DNA of 64,000 nt from Enterobacteria phage T6. Positions 18,852 through 27,604 of this stretch are shown in pieces (position 1 is the stretch's first letter; each line of letters starts with the position of its first letter). A program made the position numbers and the translations under genes. The stretch is from the sequence record MH550421; one strand, given 5' to 3'. The notes beneath the pieces were generated by a model, which had not been told where the DNA came from, did no database searches, and saw only the letters and a list, made by a program, of their open reading frames with translations.

Positions 18852-19571
18852 TTAGGATTCTTCTAAATGTCTTTTCTGAAAAGTTGATACCATACTACGA
18901 TACGGTTCATTTGGATATCCGTGTTTTATAGCTTCCTTTGTAAATTTTCTCCATCCATATTTAGTTTCTTTCCAAAGCTCGAATAATTCATCTTCATACT
19001 GCCATATAGTTAAATGAGAACGCTTTGCAGCTTTAATTCCATTAATATGCTTTTCTTTTACTGTAGGATTGCTTAGTTTCTTTTTAATAATATTACTAAC
19101 TTTTCTAACAAAAACTGGGTCCTTATATCGTTGCGAAGTTTTTATTGAAGTGTTTAATTTAGCTTCCGGCGTGGATGTGACCTCTTTCATCTTTTTCTTC
19201 ATATGTTGTATATGATTAGGATTTTTCCATAAATTTATAGAATGCTTTTTGCATTTTATCCTAGTTTCATCTGCAACCTTTCCTCCTTCACCCCCGTATG
19301 ACAGGTTAACACAGTTTTTTCCATATTTCAATTTACCTGCCATGATATATAATATTTCAGCTTGTACCATTTTATCATAATTATCAAAAACTTCTAAAAC
19401 CGTTTTTGATAATATGTGGTCATTTGACACTTTTATACGTTCTATATAATTTCCACTACCAACATACGAATCATTGATGTTATTAGTTATATGTCGACCA
19501 TAATAGTATTTCTTAATACCTGTCTTTAAATTTAATATTTCAGTTTTATAGATAGTAAAATATTTTTTCAT
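18852..19571 (-). CDS. GIY-YIG homing endonuclease (seg-like)
   Basis: 239 aa; N-terminal YFTIYKTEILNLKTGIKKYYYGRH and Lys-rich C-terminal half. Confidence 0.72.
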   Translation of the reverse strand: MKKYFTIYKTEILNLKTGIKKYYYGRHITNNINDSYVGSGNYIERIKVSNDHILSKTVLEVFDNYDKMVQAEILYIMAGKLKYGKNCVNLSYGGEGGKVADETRIKCKKHSINLWKNPNHIQHMKKKMKEVTSTPEAKLNTSIKTSQRYKDPVFVRKVSNIIKKKLSNPTVKEKHINGIKAAKRSHLTIWQYEDELFELWKETKYGWRKFTKEAIKHGYPNEPYRSMVSTFQKRHLEES

Positions 19572-20536
19572 TTTAATAATACCGTTTCAGCGATTTCTTC
19601 CCAACCGTTTTTGTCGGTCATAATAAAGTCAGCAAGATAAAGTGCAGTACGCAGTGAAACATTGCGTAAACGGTTAACATTGACTTTCATCCATGATAAT
19701 GCTTTATAAGTTTCTTCATCAGAAAGACCGCGTTTTTGCATCATGTCGGTTGAAAGAATAACATCTTCAACCCTGACCATAATTTCTTCATTAGTGTGAA
19801 CACCCAAATCCAAATAAACTGAGCGGGACACTAATGCTTGTAAATGTGGAGCAAGTTTAGTACCACGGTCTAATTCGCGGTCAATGTCAACGTTTGTGAT
19901 AAAAACAATCGTTCCTTTAAATTCAAACTCACGCTCAATGCCTTTTTCTTCTAAGTAAGAAGATGCAGTGCTCCAGCAGACTTTACGGGTCTCTCCAGTG
20001 TCCAGAGCAGCTTTCAGAAGATTAAGAATGTCCATATCAGAGAAAACATCCACATCATCAATCAAAAGGACAGAATTTTCTTCACGATTATTCCAGAGCT
20101 GTTCATAAAGACCGATACCAGAGATTTTACCATTAATGCTTTTATATTCAATGTATCCAATATCATTTGCTTTATTTAAAGCTTTATCTAAAGAATACGT
20201 TTTACCAATACCTGCCGCACCAGAGATAATTAATGAACGAATGTTTCCGTTAATAATACCGTTCGTCATCATTCCCATAACATTAAATCTTTTATTAATG
20301 CGGGTTTTCATATCTTCATATGATTCTTTAACTTCTTCAACTTTTACACCATCATATGAAATGTCTGATTTGTAAACCCAAACACCGCGACGCTTACCGT
20401 CAATTTCAACAAAAACTTTACCATCTCCTTGTGCATCTACCGGAGCATTGTCTGGGAACCATTCGCCTAAGAGCTCAAAAGTTCCAGAGATTTCTTTACC
20501 GAAGTAGATACCCTTATTGATAGTTACAGTTTTCAT
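19568..20536 (-). CDS. P-loop NTPase (AAA-like)
   Basis: 322 aa from MKTVTINKG; Walker A SGAAGIGKT, Walker B VLLIDDVD. Confidence 0.7.
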   Translation of the reverse strand: MKTVTINKGIYFGKEISGTFELLGEWFPDNAPVDAQGDGKVFVEIDGKRRGVWVYKSDISYDGVKVEEVKESYEDMKTRINKRFNVMGMMTNGIINGNIRSLIISGAAGIGKTYSLDKALNKANDIGYIEYKSINGKISGIGLYEQLWNNREENSVLLIDDVDVFSDMDILNLLKAALDTGETRKVCWSTASSYLEEKGIEREFEFKGTIVFITNVDIDRELDRGTKLAPHLQALVSRSVYLDLGVHTNEEIMVRVEDVILSTDMMQKRGLSDEETYKALSWMKVNVNRLRNVSLRTALYLADFIMTDKNGWEEIAETVLLK

Positions 20537-20570
20537 TTTATTCTCCAAATCCGTATCAGTTGATAGTTGT

Positions 20571-20600
20571 ATAGTACCATAAAGCTTTATGCTTGTAAAC
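20571..20600 (-). promoter_or_regulatory. T4-type early promoter
   Basis: Minus strand aaaatttttcacaaaGTTGTTTACA - 17 nt - TACTAT. Confidence 0.65.
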
Positions 20601-20619
20601 AACTTTGTGAAAAATTTTT

Positions 20620-20649
20620 GAAATAAAAAAAGGGAGCCCGAAGGCTCCC
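20620..20649 (-). terminator. Intrinsic terminator (GGGAGCC-UUCG-GGCUCCC plus U7)
   Basis: Plus strand aaaaaaagggagcccgaaggctccc; on the minus transcript the hairpin is followed by UUUUUUU; sits at the 3' end of the nucleotidyltransferase ORF. Confidence 0.7.
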
Positions 20650-20651
20650 TA

Positions 20652-21665
20652 TCATTTATAATAACTTCGGTGGTTTTCAAGATAGACCTTCTCAAGGAAG
20701 TCATCCCAGAAACCCATGTCTACTTTTTGCTGCATACCGTTCTTAGAAGCTTCAGTAGATGCTGCTTCTACTTGATCGACCACATCTTCCAAAAACTCTT
20801 GAACTGTTTTAAACGGATATTTACCCAACTTCACGTCGAGAATAAATGGAGCATCTTTGAGTGGATAGACTAAGTCACCAGTTTTGTAAATTTCCAATAG
20901 TTGGAGTCCACCACGACAAGCATGACTCAAAGCTTTCCAGTCAATGCCTTCGTTGGCTTCGGCCTTACGAGCGCGTTCACCATATTCAGCATCTAATTTG
21001 TTCAGTGACTGCTTAAGCTCAATAAGAGAAAGCGTTGTCTGATATTTACGACCCAACACAGTGTAGAACGTTTGTGGGCCTGTTTTCTCATGATTATGGA
21101 ACACCCATTCACAGAATTCGTTTTCTGGAAGACGATGCTTAATATCTTCAACTTTAGTGCGACGCTGCTTAATAGAACCATCTTCTTGGTAATCAACCCA
21201 TTGCTCAGGGATTTGATTAACTACTTTCAATACATCACGTAATGCAGCCAAACGAGAACCCTTAACACCGTATTTAGAAGCTTGCTTGCGGACATATCCT
21301 AAATAGGATTTCATGTTAGTCGTATAAAAACGAGAACGGTTGTCTTGAATAAACTTCCACACATCAGGCAAATCAGATTTAACCACTAGTTCAGGTGGAG
21401 TGTGAAGCATATCCAACGCTACAGTTTCACCATCTGCTGCTAATTTAAAGAAATACTTAAGACTGTATAGTTCATGGTCAATATCATCTTTAGTGTTTTT
21501 AGATGATGTGTTGTTAGTGTTTTTGCTCATGTGCTCTTTGACGTTTCCGATAAGAATATCGCGAGCAGGAGGAACAAAGATTTCTTTAAAATCTACATCA
21601 GATTCTGGGGTAGAAGTTCCATAAAGATGACTACCAAAATAGCTTTTCATTACTGTTTTCATCAT
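20652..21665 (-). CDS. Pol-beta-superfamily nucleotidyltransferase (minimal NTase fold, AbiEii/MntA-like motif)
   Basis: 337 aa; N-terminal GS-x10-DVD (FGSHLYGTSTPESDVDF) and a downstream acidic residue in ALDMLH. Confidence 0.6.
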   Translation of the reverse strand: MMKTVMKSYFGSHLYGTSTPESDVDFKEIFVPPARDILIGNVKEHMSKNTNNTSSKNTKDDIDHELYSLKYFFKLAADGETVALDMLHTPPELVVKSDLPDVWKFIQDNRSRFYTTNMKSYLGYVRKQASKYGVKGSRLAALRDVLKVVNQIPEQWVDYQEDGSIKQRRTKVEDIKHRLPENEFCEWVFHNHEKTGPQTFYTVLGRKYQTTLSLIELKQSLNKLDAEYGERARKAEANEGIDWKALSHACRGGLQLLEIYKTGDLVYPLKDAPFILDVKLGKYPFKTVQEFLEDVVDQVEAASTEASKNGMQQKVDMGFWDDFLEKVYLENHRSYYK

Positions 21666-22123
21666 TCAGCCTTATATTCAATAACAGGACATACTTTAGC
21701 TTTACGAGCTTTTAAAAATTCAACGATAATCGATTTCTTGGGTTGAATAGGAGGTAAACCTTTATACGCTCTATCAATATTTTCTACGTGTAAAGCATAA
21801 TCCTTTTTCCATTTATAATCTTTATATTTTTCACGCAAATGTGCAGGAATAACAAATGAACCGATAATAAGTAAAACAACCAAAAGCGCAAGTATAAATG
21901 CCGATGGAAGAAGAGTCCATAAACTACCGAAAATAAGCCAACGTTGTAGGCTTTCTGCACAAATAATTGTTAGACCTACGAGTATAGCACACCCAAAAAT
22001 AGAAACGAAAAATGTAGGAATGGCAATAGACCAAAAATATGCGCATAGTGTCTTAGGTCGTTGCCATTCATCGTTAAACAATTTGAATAATTTATAGTGC
22101 CAAGAGTTTTCATTAATAATCAT
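21662..22123 (-). CDS. Hypothetical integral membrane protein
   Basis: 153 aa, 3 predicted TM segments; stop overlaps the NTase start (ATGA). Confidence 0.55.
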   Translation of the reverse strand: MIINENSWHYKLFKLFNDEWQRPKTLCAYFWSIAIPTFFVSIFGCAILVGLTIICAESLQRWLIFGSLWTLLPSAFILALLVVLLIIGSFVIPAHLREKYKDYKWKKDYALHVENIDRAYKGLPPIQPKKSIIVEFLKARKAKVCPVIEYKAE

Positions 22124-22125
22124 AA

Positions 22126-22647
22126 TTATCCTTTCATTGAAGGCGTAACGATTGTTAAATACTTAATCATAGCTTCAGCTTCTGATTTTGATAATGAAAT
22201 TTCTCCATTGTTTTGACGAATAGAAATAAAATCCGGATGACGGTCACCACCAGCTTTTAAAACACACATATAAGTATCAACTTCGCCTTCAATATTTGAA
22301 ATGATTGAAGCAGTTCCACATGAATGTGGTTTTTGATAAATCAATACAGCTTTTCTTCCGCCATTTGACTGCTCATAGGCTTTTAATACATCAAACAAAT
22401 CGCTTCTTTTATCAATAGCTAAAATGTTATTTTCATCTTCAATGTTAAATCCTTCAGATACTTCATAAAGCGTTACCCATAAATCACCAATATCAATAAC
22501 AGCATTTACTTTTCCACGGCTTTCAAGAGTATGACAAATTTTCTTGATTTCGTCATAACTCATTTTAATAATATCATCTCCTTGACTAAGGAAGATGTCA
22601 TTTTTAAATTCAACACGAATTAAACCGCTTCCACTTGAAATAAACAT
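22126..22647 (-). CDS. Hypothetical protein, paralog 1 of a tandem pair
   Basis: 173 aa; shares EGFNIE... and C-terminal ...EA.A...YL..V.PSM with the next ORF. Confidence 0.55.
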   Translation of the reverse strand: MFISSGSGLIRVEFKNDIFLSQGDDIIKMSYDEIKKICHTLESRGKVNAVIDIGDLWVTLYEVSEGFNIEDENNILAIDKRSDLFDVLKAYEQSNGGRKAVLIYQKPHSCGTASIISNIEGEVDTYMCVLKAGGDRHPDFISIRQNNGEISLSKSEAEAMIKYLTIVTPSMKG

Positions 22648-22653
22648 ATTTCC

Positions 22654-23217
22654 TCACTTTGAAATCATAGTTGGAATAACAGAATCAAGATAAGTCTTTA
22701 GTGCAATAGCTTCGTCTTTGGTAAATGTGACAATATGTGCTCGAGAATCATCAATTTGGCGAATAGTTAAGACATCTCCTTCTTCATAACATTTTGATAC
22801 ATTTAAAACAGTTTCATCATTCTGATCGCACTGATCGCAAGCGTTAGTAATAATAGCATTGCAATTTTTAAGCCATTTTAAACTATGTTTTCTTTCATTA
22901 GAATAATAAAAATATTTAATGTAAGTTATAAAATTATCCCAATTATTAATTGATAAGCATATTGACTCGCTTTCAATGTTAAATCCTGGGCATAAAGAAT
23001 AGAAATGAATTTTATGCTCATCATTAATGCTTACAATTTTATCAGTGTAAGGTTTTTCAATTTGGGTTAAATGAATAATTTCGCTAGGCGTAAAATATAG
23101 CATATCGTCTTCTTGCGTCAAACGATACATATTATTTACTTTTTCTATAGCCAATTCACCAAAAAGTGAACTAACTTCTAATACTAATCGTTTCATATTA
23201 ATCCTTTTTATTGGCAT
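22654..23217 (-). CDS. Hypothetical protein, paralog 2 of a tandem pair
   Basis: 187 aa; PGFNIESES and ...TKDEAIALKTYLDSVIPTM. Confidence 0.55.
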   Translation of the reverse strand: MPIKRINMKRLVLEVSSLFGELAIEKVNNMYRLTQEDDMLYFTPSEIIHLTQIEKPYTDKIVSINDEHKIHFYSLCPGFNIESESICLSINNWDNFITYIKYFYYSNERKHSLKWLKNCNAIITNACDQCDQNDETVLNVSKCYEEGDVLTIRQIDDSRAHIVTFTKDEAIALKTYLDSVIPTMISK

Positions 23218-23476
23218 GAATTTGTTCTAAAATTTTAGAATATTCCTTTGTATCAGATTTACGTACAATTGATACACTATAAGGCATACTATCGGTGTCT
23301 TTTATAAAGCGTTCCAAATGACACTCTAACAAAATTTCTGGATTATAAATCGTGTACATCAAATTACCTGTTGCTCCACGATATTGGCAGATTTCTACTG
23401 ATTGAACATCATTCCATAATTTTGTTAAGACTAAATCACCTACTTCTAATTTAGGAAAGCCCATGTTATTCACCAA
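23198..23476 (-). CDS. Hypothetical protein
   Basis: 92 aa ORF. Confidence 0.5.
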   Translation of the reverse strand: MVNNMGFPKLEVGDLVLTKLWNDVQSVEICQYRGATGNLMYTIYNPEILLECHLERFIKDTDSMPYSVSIVRKSDTKEYSKILEQIHANKKD

Positions 23477-23651
23477 TTAAAGTTTCAATATAAGAATCAA
23501 GATTTACTTTAGCTTCTTCCATAAGAGTTTTGTATTTAATCTTGTTAGCATGTCCGGAGAAAGCTGATTCATCAATAATTGTTGATGTATGAACAGCTTT
23601 ACTATACGTCTCAATTAATTCTCTTAATTTAAAAGCCTGCTCACTTGTCAT
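23466..23651 (-). CDS. Hypothetical small protein
   Basis: 61 aa ORF downstream of the promoter at 23784-23813. Confidence 0.45.
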   Translation of the reverse strand: MTSEQAFKLRELIETYSKAVHTSTIIDESAFSGHANKIKYKTLMEEAKVNLDSYIETLIGE

Positions 23652-23783
23652 TACATACTCCTTTGAATAATATCAATAATGTTGTTCACCAGATTATAAG
23701 TAAACATTGGGTAATTATATTGAATCATCACATACACAACAAACAAAACTTTCATTCTCTTCTCCTTGGCAGTTGACAAGATT

Positions 23784-23813
23784 ACTATACCATAACCTTG
23801 CCAACTTGTAAAC
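23784..23813 (-). promoter_or_regulatory. T4-type early promoter
   Basis: Minus strand GTTTACA - 17 nt - TATAGT. Confidence 0.55.
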
Positions 23814-23815
23814 CA

Positions 23816-23989
23816 TTAAATGACGTTTTCGATAAAATTCTGAAGCTTTGTATGAGCATCAACCATGATTTTCATTTCTTCTTTGGCGAAAGCTGTACCT
23901 CTTTCCCGAGAAGAACACTCATAGTCAGAAACTGCATTAGCATATTCTTCAATTAACTTCATTAAAAACATCTGCTTTTCAGTTTTCAT
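23816..23989 (-). CDS. Hypothetical small protein (57 aa, below the ORF-track cutoff)
   Basis: Hand-translated MKTEKQMFLMKLIEEYANAVSDYECSSRERGTAFAKEEMKIMVDAHTKLQNFIENVI; fills an otherwise empty gap. Confidence 0.3.
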   Translation of the reverse strand: MKTEKQMFLMKLIEEYANAVSDYECSSRERGTAFAKEEMKIMVDAHTKLQNFIENVI

Positions 23990-24173
23990 TATTCCACCTA
24001 ATCATTTCAAGATATTGAACTAACTTAGCTTTGGATTTATCCAAATCCTTTTTAGCTGCTTCTATACCGTCGTATGAATATCCTTCACAATGCTCAACTG
24101 CTAATTGATATGAATCTATTTCAATATCACGTGCTAATTTAATGATTTTTTCAAACTGTTCGCGTGTTAGCAT
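23979..24173 (-). CDS. Hypothetical small protein
   Basis: 64 aa ORF. Confidence 0.45.
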   Translation of the reverse strand: MLTREQFEKIIKLARDIEIDSYQLAVEHCEGYSYDGIEAAKKDLDKSKAKLVQYLEMIRWNNEN

Positions 24174-24175
24174 AA

Positions 24176-24415
24176 TTAAACTCTCGTATTATGATCGATA
24201 ATTTCATCAAGAAACATATCTAACGCTTCTACAGCATTATTAACTTTAGCTTCAAATTCTTCAATACTTTTATTTGCAATGCCTGACGAAAACCAAGCAA
24301 AGTCACTAAGTTCCTCATCTGCTTTACGAATTAAAGCTACTAATTCCTTAATTTTATCCGCTTGTTCGATACTAATCATTATTCCACCACATATGAAAGA
24401 GAGAATATTGCACAC
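24176..24415 (-). CDS. Hypothetical small protein
   Basis: 79 aa ORF. Confidence 0.45.
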   Translation of the reverse strand: MCNILSFICGGIMISIEQADKIKELVALIRKADEELSDFAWFSSGIANKSIEEFEAKVNNAVEALDMFLDEIIDHNTRV

Positions 24416-24567
24416 GCCATATGAGTTGCAGCTTCATCACACATATTATAACGTTTCTTAAGAAGTTCTACAAGCTCTTCACTGGTAACTTCATCCATGT
24501 CGACGAAAAAATCACCATTAATGATGACGTAGATATTTCCTTCTTGATTAAGTGCTTCAATTTTCAT
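24379..24567 (-). CDS. Hypothetical small protein
   Basis: 62 aa from Met MKIEALNQ; the longer track ORF start crosses the promoter. Confidence 0.45.
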   Translation of the reverse strand: MKIEALNQEGNIYVIINGDFFVDMDEVTSEELVELLKKRYNMCDEAATHMACAIFSLSYVVE

Positions 24568-24595
24568 GATGTTCTCCTCTTTATCTGATAGTTGT

Positions 24596-24625
24596 ATAGT
24601 ACCACAGCTCAAACGGAAAGTAAAC
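24596..24625 (-). promoter_or_regulatory. T4-type early promoter
   Basis: Minus strand GTTTACT - 17 nt - TACTAT. Confidence 0.55.
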
Positions 24626-24630
24626 CGGTA

Positions 24631-24658
24631 AAATGAAAAAAGTCTCCCGAAGGAGACT
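24631..24658 (-). terminator. Intrinsic terminator (AGUCUCC-UUCG-GGAGACU plus U5)
   Basis: Plus strand aaaaaagtctcccgaaggagact, directly after the stop of ORF 24663-25049. Confidence 0.65.
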
Positions 24659-24662
24659 AATG

Positions 24663-25049
24663 TTATTCGAGGGAAAGAAGATATTTACTTTGGTAAAACA
24701 TTCCAGTAATATCATCTATCGTGCTTTGGATGGCTGGAGGCATTTCTTTATAAATGCTGTTAGATTGGTCTAGTATGCGATCAATCATTTTAATTGTGTC
24801 GGTAGGAAGTTTACTGGCATCTGGAATTGAAGGTGTGTATTTTCTACCAGAATACCCCAAATATTGCTCACCAAATTTATCAATCAAATCTGGCAACTCG
24901 GAGAAAATAAAATCGTATGCTTTGTGTCTAGCATAACTTTTAGTTTCAAAATGTGCAGAATGAAAATAAGCTTGTGCAGCCATTAATAAACCTAAGTATT
25001 CATCTGCCTTTGAAGGTTTTCCACTTTGTGAAAAGTCGCTGAATTTCAT
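24663..25049 (-). CDS. Hypothetical protein
   Basis: 128 aa ORF. Confidence 0.55.
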   Translation of the reverse strand: MKFSDFSQSGKPSKADEYLGLLMAAQAYFHSAHFETKSYARHKAYDFIFSELPDLIDKFGEQYLGYSGRKYTPSIPDASKLPTDTIKMIDRILDQSNSIYKEMPPAIQSTIDDITGMFYQSKYLLSLE

Positions 25050-25339
25050 TCAGTCTCCAATTTAATGTTCATAATTCTAGCGTATGATTGTGCCATCTCC
25101 GCGCCTCGCTCTATACATTCAAAATCAGAAGAGCACGGGTCATTTTTATAGGTCGTTCTCATAAAACTATAGAATTGTTCAGACGATTCTACGCTTTTAT
25201 TTTCAAAAAGCATATAAACGTGCCTAATACCAGATTCCATAAATTTATCAAAATGAGGATCGACATTCGCTTCAATCGGTGGAGATAAAACAAATGACAA
25301 TCCTAGCATGGCAAATAGTGCCGTTGCTTTTAAGGCCAT
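25046..25339 (-). CDS. rI: Lysis-inhibition regulator rI (secreted)
   Basis: 97 aa with N-terminal signal peptide MALKATALFAMLGLSFVLSPPIEA; matches T4 RI from memory. Confidence 0.85.
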   Translation of the reverse strand: MALKATALFAMLGLSFVLSPPIEANVDPHFDKFMESGIRHVYMLFENKSVESSEQFYSFMRTTYKNDPCSSDFECIERGAEMAQSYARIMNIKLETE

Positions 25340-25351
25340 AAAGGCCTCCTA

Positions 25352-25564
25352 TCATTTTTGTCCTGTATTTACTTTATGCCGATGCACGGCCTTAACTTTA
25401 TCAAGGTATTTTTCAAAATTTCGCAATCTAGTATAGTCTGCCGGAGATTGGTTGAGTGATACTTCTCGACGCAAAGCTGAAATGATATTTCCAACTTCCC
25501 TACGAATTTCATCTAATTGAAGCACAGTAAGATTGCGAAGTTGCTTTTCAGTTAATTGTAGCAT
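25352..25564 (-). CDS. Hypothetical protein
   Basis: 70 aa ORF; AAAGGGG Shine-Dalgarno and late promoter upstream. Confidence 0.5.
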
Positions 25565-25587
25565 ATACCCCTTTAGTTAGATAAACC

Positions 25588-25595
25588 TATTTATA
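25588..25595 (-). promoter_or_regulatory. T4 late promoter box TATAAATA
   Basis: Exact TATAAATA on the minus strand, 24 nt upstream of the ATG at 25564. Confidence 0.55.
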
Positions 25596-25604
25596 ACTTT
25601 TGCA

Positions 25605-26186
25605 CTAACCGAGCTTTTTAGTTAATTCATTCCAATGTTTTCTACACAAAGAAACATAAATTTCATCACCAATACAGATTTGATTACCTTCTTTAACTGG
25701 TGTTCCATCTTCCATTAATCGAGCTGTCATAATCGCTTTTTTGCCGCAATGACAAACTGCCTTTAGTTCAATAAGTTTATCTGCAATCGCTAAAAGTTCT
25801 TTAGAACCTTCAAACAATTTTCCAGCGAAATCAGTCCTTAATCCATAAGCCATAACAGGAACATTATATGTATCAACAATTCGACTTAATTGATGCACCT
25901 GTTCAGTTTTTAAAAACTGAGCTTCATCTACAAATACGCAATGAATATCTTTTTGTGCTTCAGCCCATTTATAGAACTCGAAAATATCCATATCATCTGT
26001 AATAATATTCGCTTCCTGCTTAATTCCAATGCGAGAAACAACTTCACAGACAGAATCGCGAGTATCAATAGCAGGCTTAAGAACTAATACACTCATTCCA
26101 CGTTCTTTATAATTATGTGCAGCAGTTAAAAGAGAAGCAGATTTTCCAGCATTCATTGCTGCATAAGTAAAAATTAAACTCGCCAT
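25605..26186 (-). CDS. tk: Thymidine kinase
   Basis: 193 aa; P-loop AAMNAGKSASLL and C-terminal Zn-binding CHCGKKA...C; matches T4 Tk from memory. Confidence 0.92.
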   Translation of the reverse strand: MASLIFTYAAMNAGKSASLLTAAHNYKERGMSVLVLKPAIDTRDSVCEVVSRIGIKQEANIITDDMDIFEFYKWAEAQKDIHCVFVDEAQFLKTEQVHQLSRIVDTYNVPVMAYGLRTDFAGKLFEGSKELLAIADKLIELKAVCHCGKKAIMTARLMEDGTPVKEGNQICIGDEIYVSLCRKHWNELTKKLG

Positions 26187-26187
26187 C

Positions 26188-26376
26188 TTAGTCCTTAGTT
26201 AAATTTTCTAAATATGTTTCTAAATCATTTTCAGCTTTATCGATAGATTTTACTAATTCGTAATATGTTTCGGCATCTCCATATTCAGAAGATATTTCAA
26301 AAGACAAATCCTTTTCTAAACTAATAATTTCACCAACTAAAAATAATATTTCGTTCTTTTGCTCGCGAGTAATCAT
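26188..26376 (-). CDS. Hypothetical small acidic protein
   Basis: 62 aa ORF. Confidence 0.5.
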   Translation of the reverse strand: MITREQKNEILFLVGEIISLEKDLSFEISSEYGDAETYYELVKSIDKAENDLETYLENLTKD

Positions 26377-26558
26377 AAGGAATTTATATAATCAATGAGT
26401 TCTTGTTCTTTATTATCGAATTCTTTAGAAAGTTCTTCGTACTCGTTTGCACTAAAAGGACCGCATTCATTACAAACTTTTTCCAATTCACTATTTTTAT
26501 CCATAACTTCGTGGATAAGAGAAAAGAGTTTGTCTTTTTGTTCTTTGCTTAGGCTCAT
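26373..26558 (-). CDS. Hypothetical small acidic protein
   Basis: 61 aa ORF; similar in composition to the preceding one. Confidence 0.5.
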   Translation of the reverse strand: MSLSKEQKDKLFSLIHEVMDKNSELEKVCNECGPFSANEYEELSKEFDNKEQELIDYINSL

Positions 26559-26728
26559 ATATTAATTTCCAAAAGTTTTAAAATAATTCGCTTTTGCTTA
26601 AATATTTCCACAGTTAAATGATCAGTATCTTTTTGACCAATTCCAATGGCAAAACCTTTATTAACAGCGAGTTCAATTAAATTATCAAGTTCACGTAACA
26701 CTTCATATTGTAACTCAGAACTATTCAT
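26555..26728 (-). CDS. Hypothetical small protein (57 aa, below the ORF-track cutoff)
   Basis: Hand-translated MNSSELQYEVLRELDNLIELAVNKGFAIGIGQKDTDHLTVEIFKQKRIILKLLEINI; ATGA overlaps on both sides. Confidence 0.35.
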   Translation of the reverse strand: MNSSELQYEVLRELDNLIELAVNKGFAIGIGQKDTDHLTVEIFKQKRIILKLLEINI

Positions 26729-26952
26729 TTCGGTTTACCTTCTTTAACGAAATCTGGATAAGGATAAAATCCCGAATAAAATCCTTCACCTTTATGATTG
26801 ATACATCCTTTATTAGAACAATAGCACCAATAATCGAAATCACAAGCCATTTCATCGTTGCATAAAGCAAAAACAACCGGCCATTTACACTTTTCACAAT
26901 GGGCATTTTTAAGAATACTAGTTTGGCTCATAACCATGTAACCTTTAAGCAA
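26725..26952 (-). CDS. Hypothetical Cys-rich small protein
   Basis: 75 aa; 9 Cys including CEKC...C...C.C..C. Confidence 0.5.
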   Translation of the reverse strand: MLKGYMVMSQTSILKNAHCEKCKWPVVFALCNDEMACDFDYWCYCSNKGCINHKGEGFYSGFYPYPDFVKEGKPK

Positions 26953-27155
26953 TATTCTTCTACATGCTGTTTACGACCTTTCTTATCAATAAAGGTATAT
27001 TCAACGAATGTTCCAATGTAGTCTTTATCTACATCATGTGGACTATTAATTGGACATTTAGTACGGCAAATGCGTTCCCATTGACGAATAATTACTGCCT
27101 TATTCTTTGGGTCATATGGATGTGGATAATGTATATTCATAATAATGGTTCCCAA
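26928..27155 (-). CDS. Hypothetical protein
   Basis: 75 aa ORF. Confidence 0.5.
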   Translation of the reverse strand: MGTIIMNIHYPHPYDPKNKAVIIRQWERICRTKCPINSPHDVDKDYIGTFVEYTFIDKKGRKQHVEEYCLKVTWL

Positions 27156-27604
27156 TCAACAATCACAATTTCTAATTTAGAGGAATATGTATCTAAAATC
27201 CCCTCAATAATATCCCAGTTCCCTTTACCTATGCCTGCACCAATCCTAGGCATATAGATTGTAGGTTTAATCAGTTTATTTTCACCAAACTCATTTAATT
27301 CTAACATACAATTCATTAAAGCGGAATACTCAAAATTTGGCCCTGGTTGAAATTGAGTATAAAGATTAAAGCAGTAAGCTTTATGAGTCCTAAAGTATTT
27401 TTCATAGACTGAATAAGAACCAAGTTTAGTTACATCACCCCATTCAGTCTGTAATTTATCAGCTTCCAAAATTTTAGGGAAAGCTTTGGTTAATTGACCT
27501 GCGACTCCAGCTTTCATCGTGTGAAAACAATTACATCCATGCGCAATATTTTTACCTTCAGCGAAAAGGGCGACAATATCGCCCTTGATATATTTTACAA
27601 TCAT
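27137..27604 (-). CDS. Macro-domain protein (ADP-ribose binding/processing fold)
   Basis: 155 aa; GDIVALFAEGKNIAHGCNCFHTMKAGVAGQL resembles the macro-domain N-x6-G-G-V signature. Confidence 0.55.
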   Translation of the reverse strand: MIVKYIKGDIVALFAEGKNIAHGCNCFHTMKAGVAGQLTKAFPKILEADKLQTEWGDVTKLGSYSVYEKYFRTHKAYCFNLYTQFQPGPNFEYSALMNCMLELNEFGENKLIKPTIYMPRIGAGIGKGNWDIIEGILDTYSSKLEIVIVDWEPLL

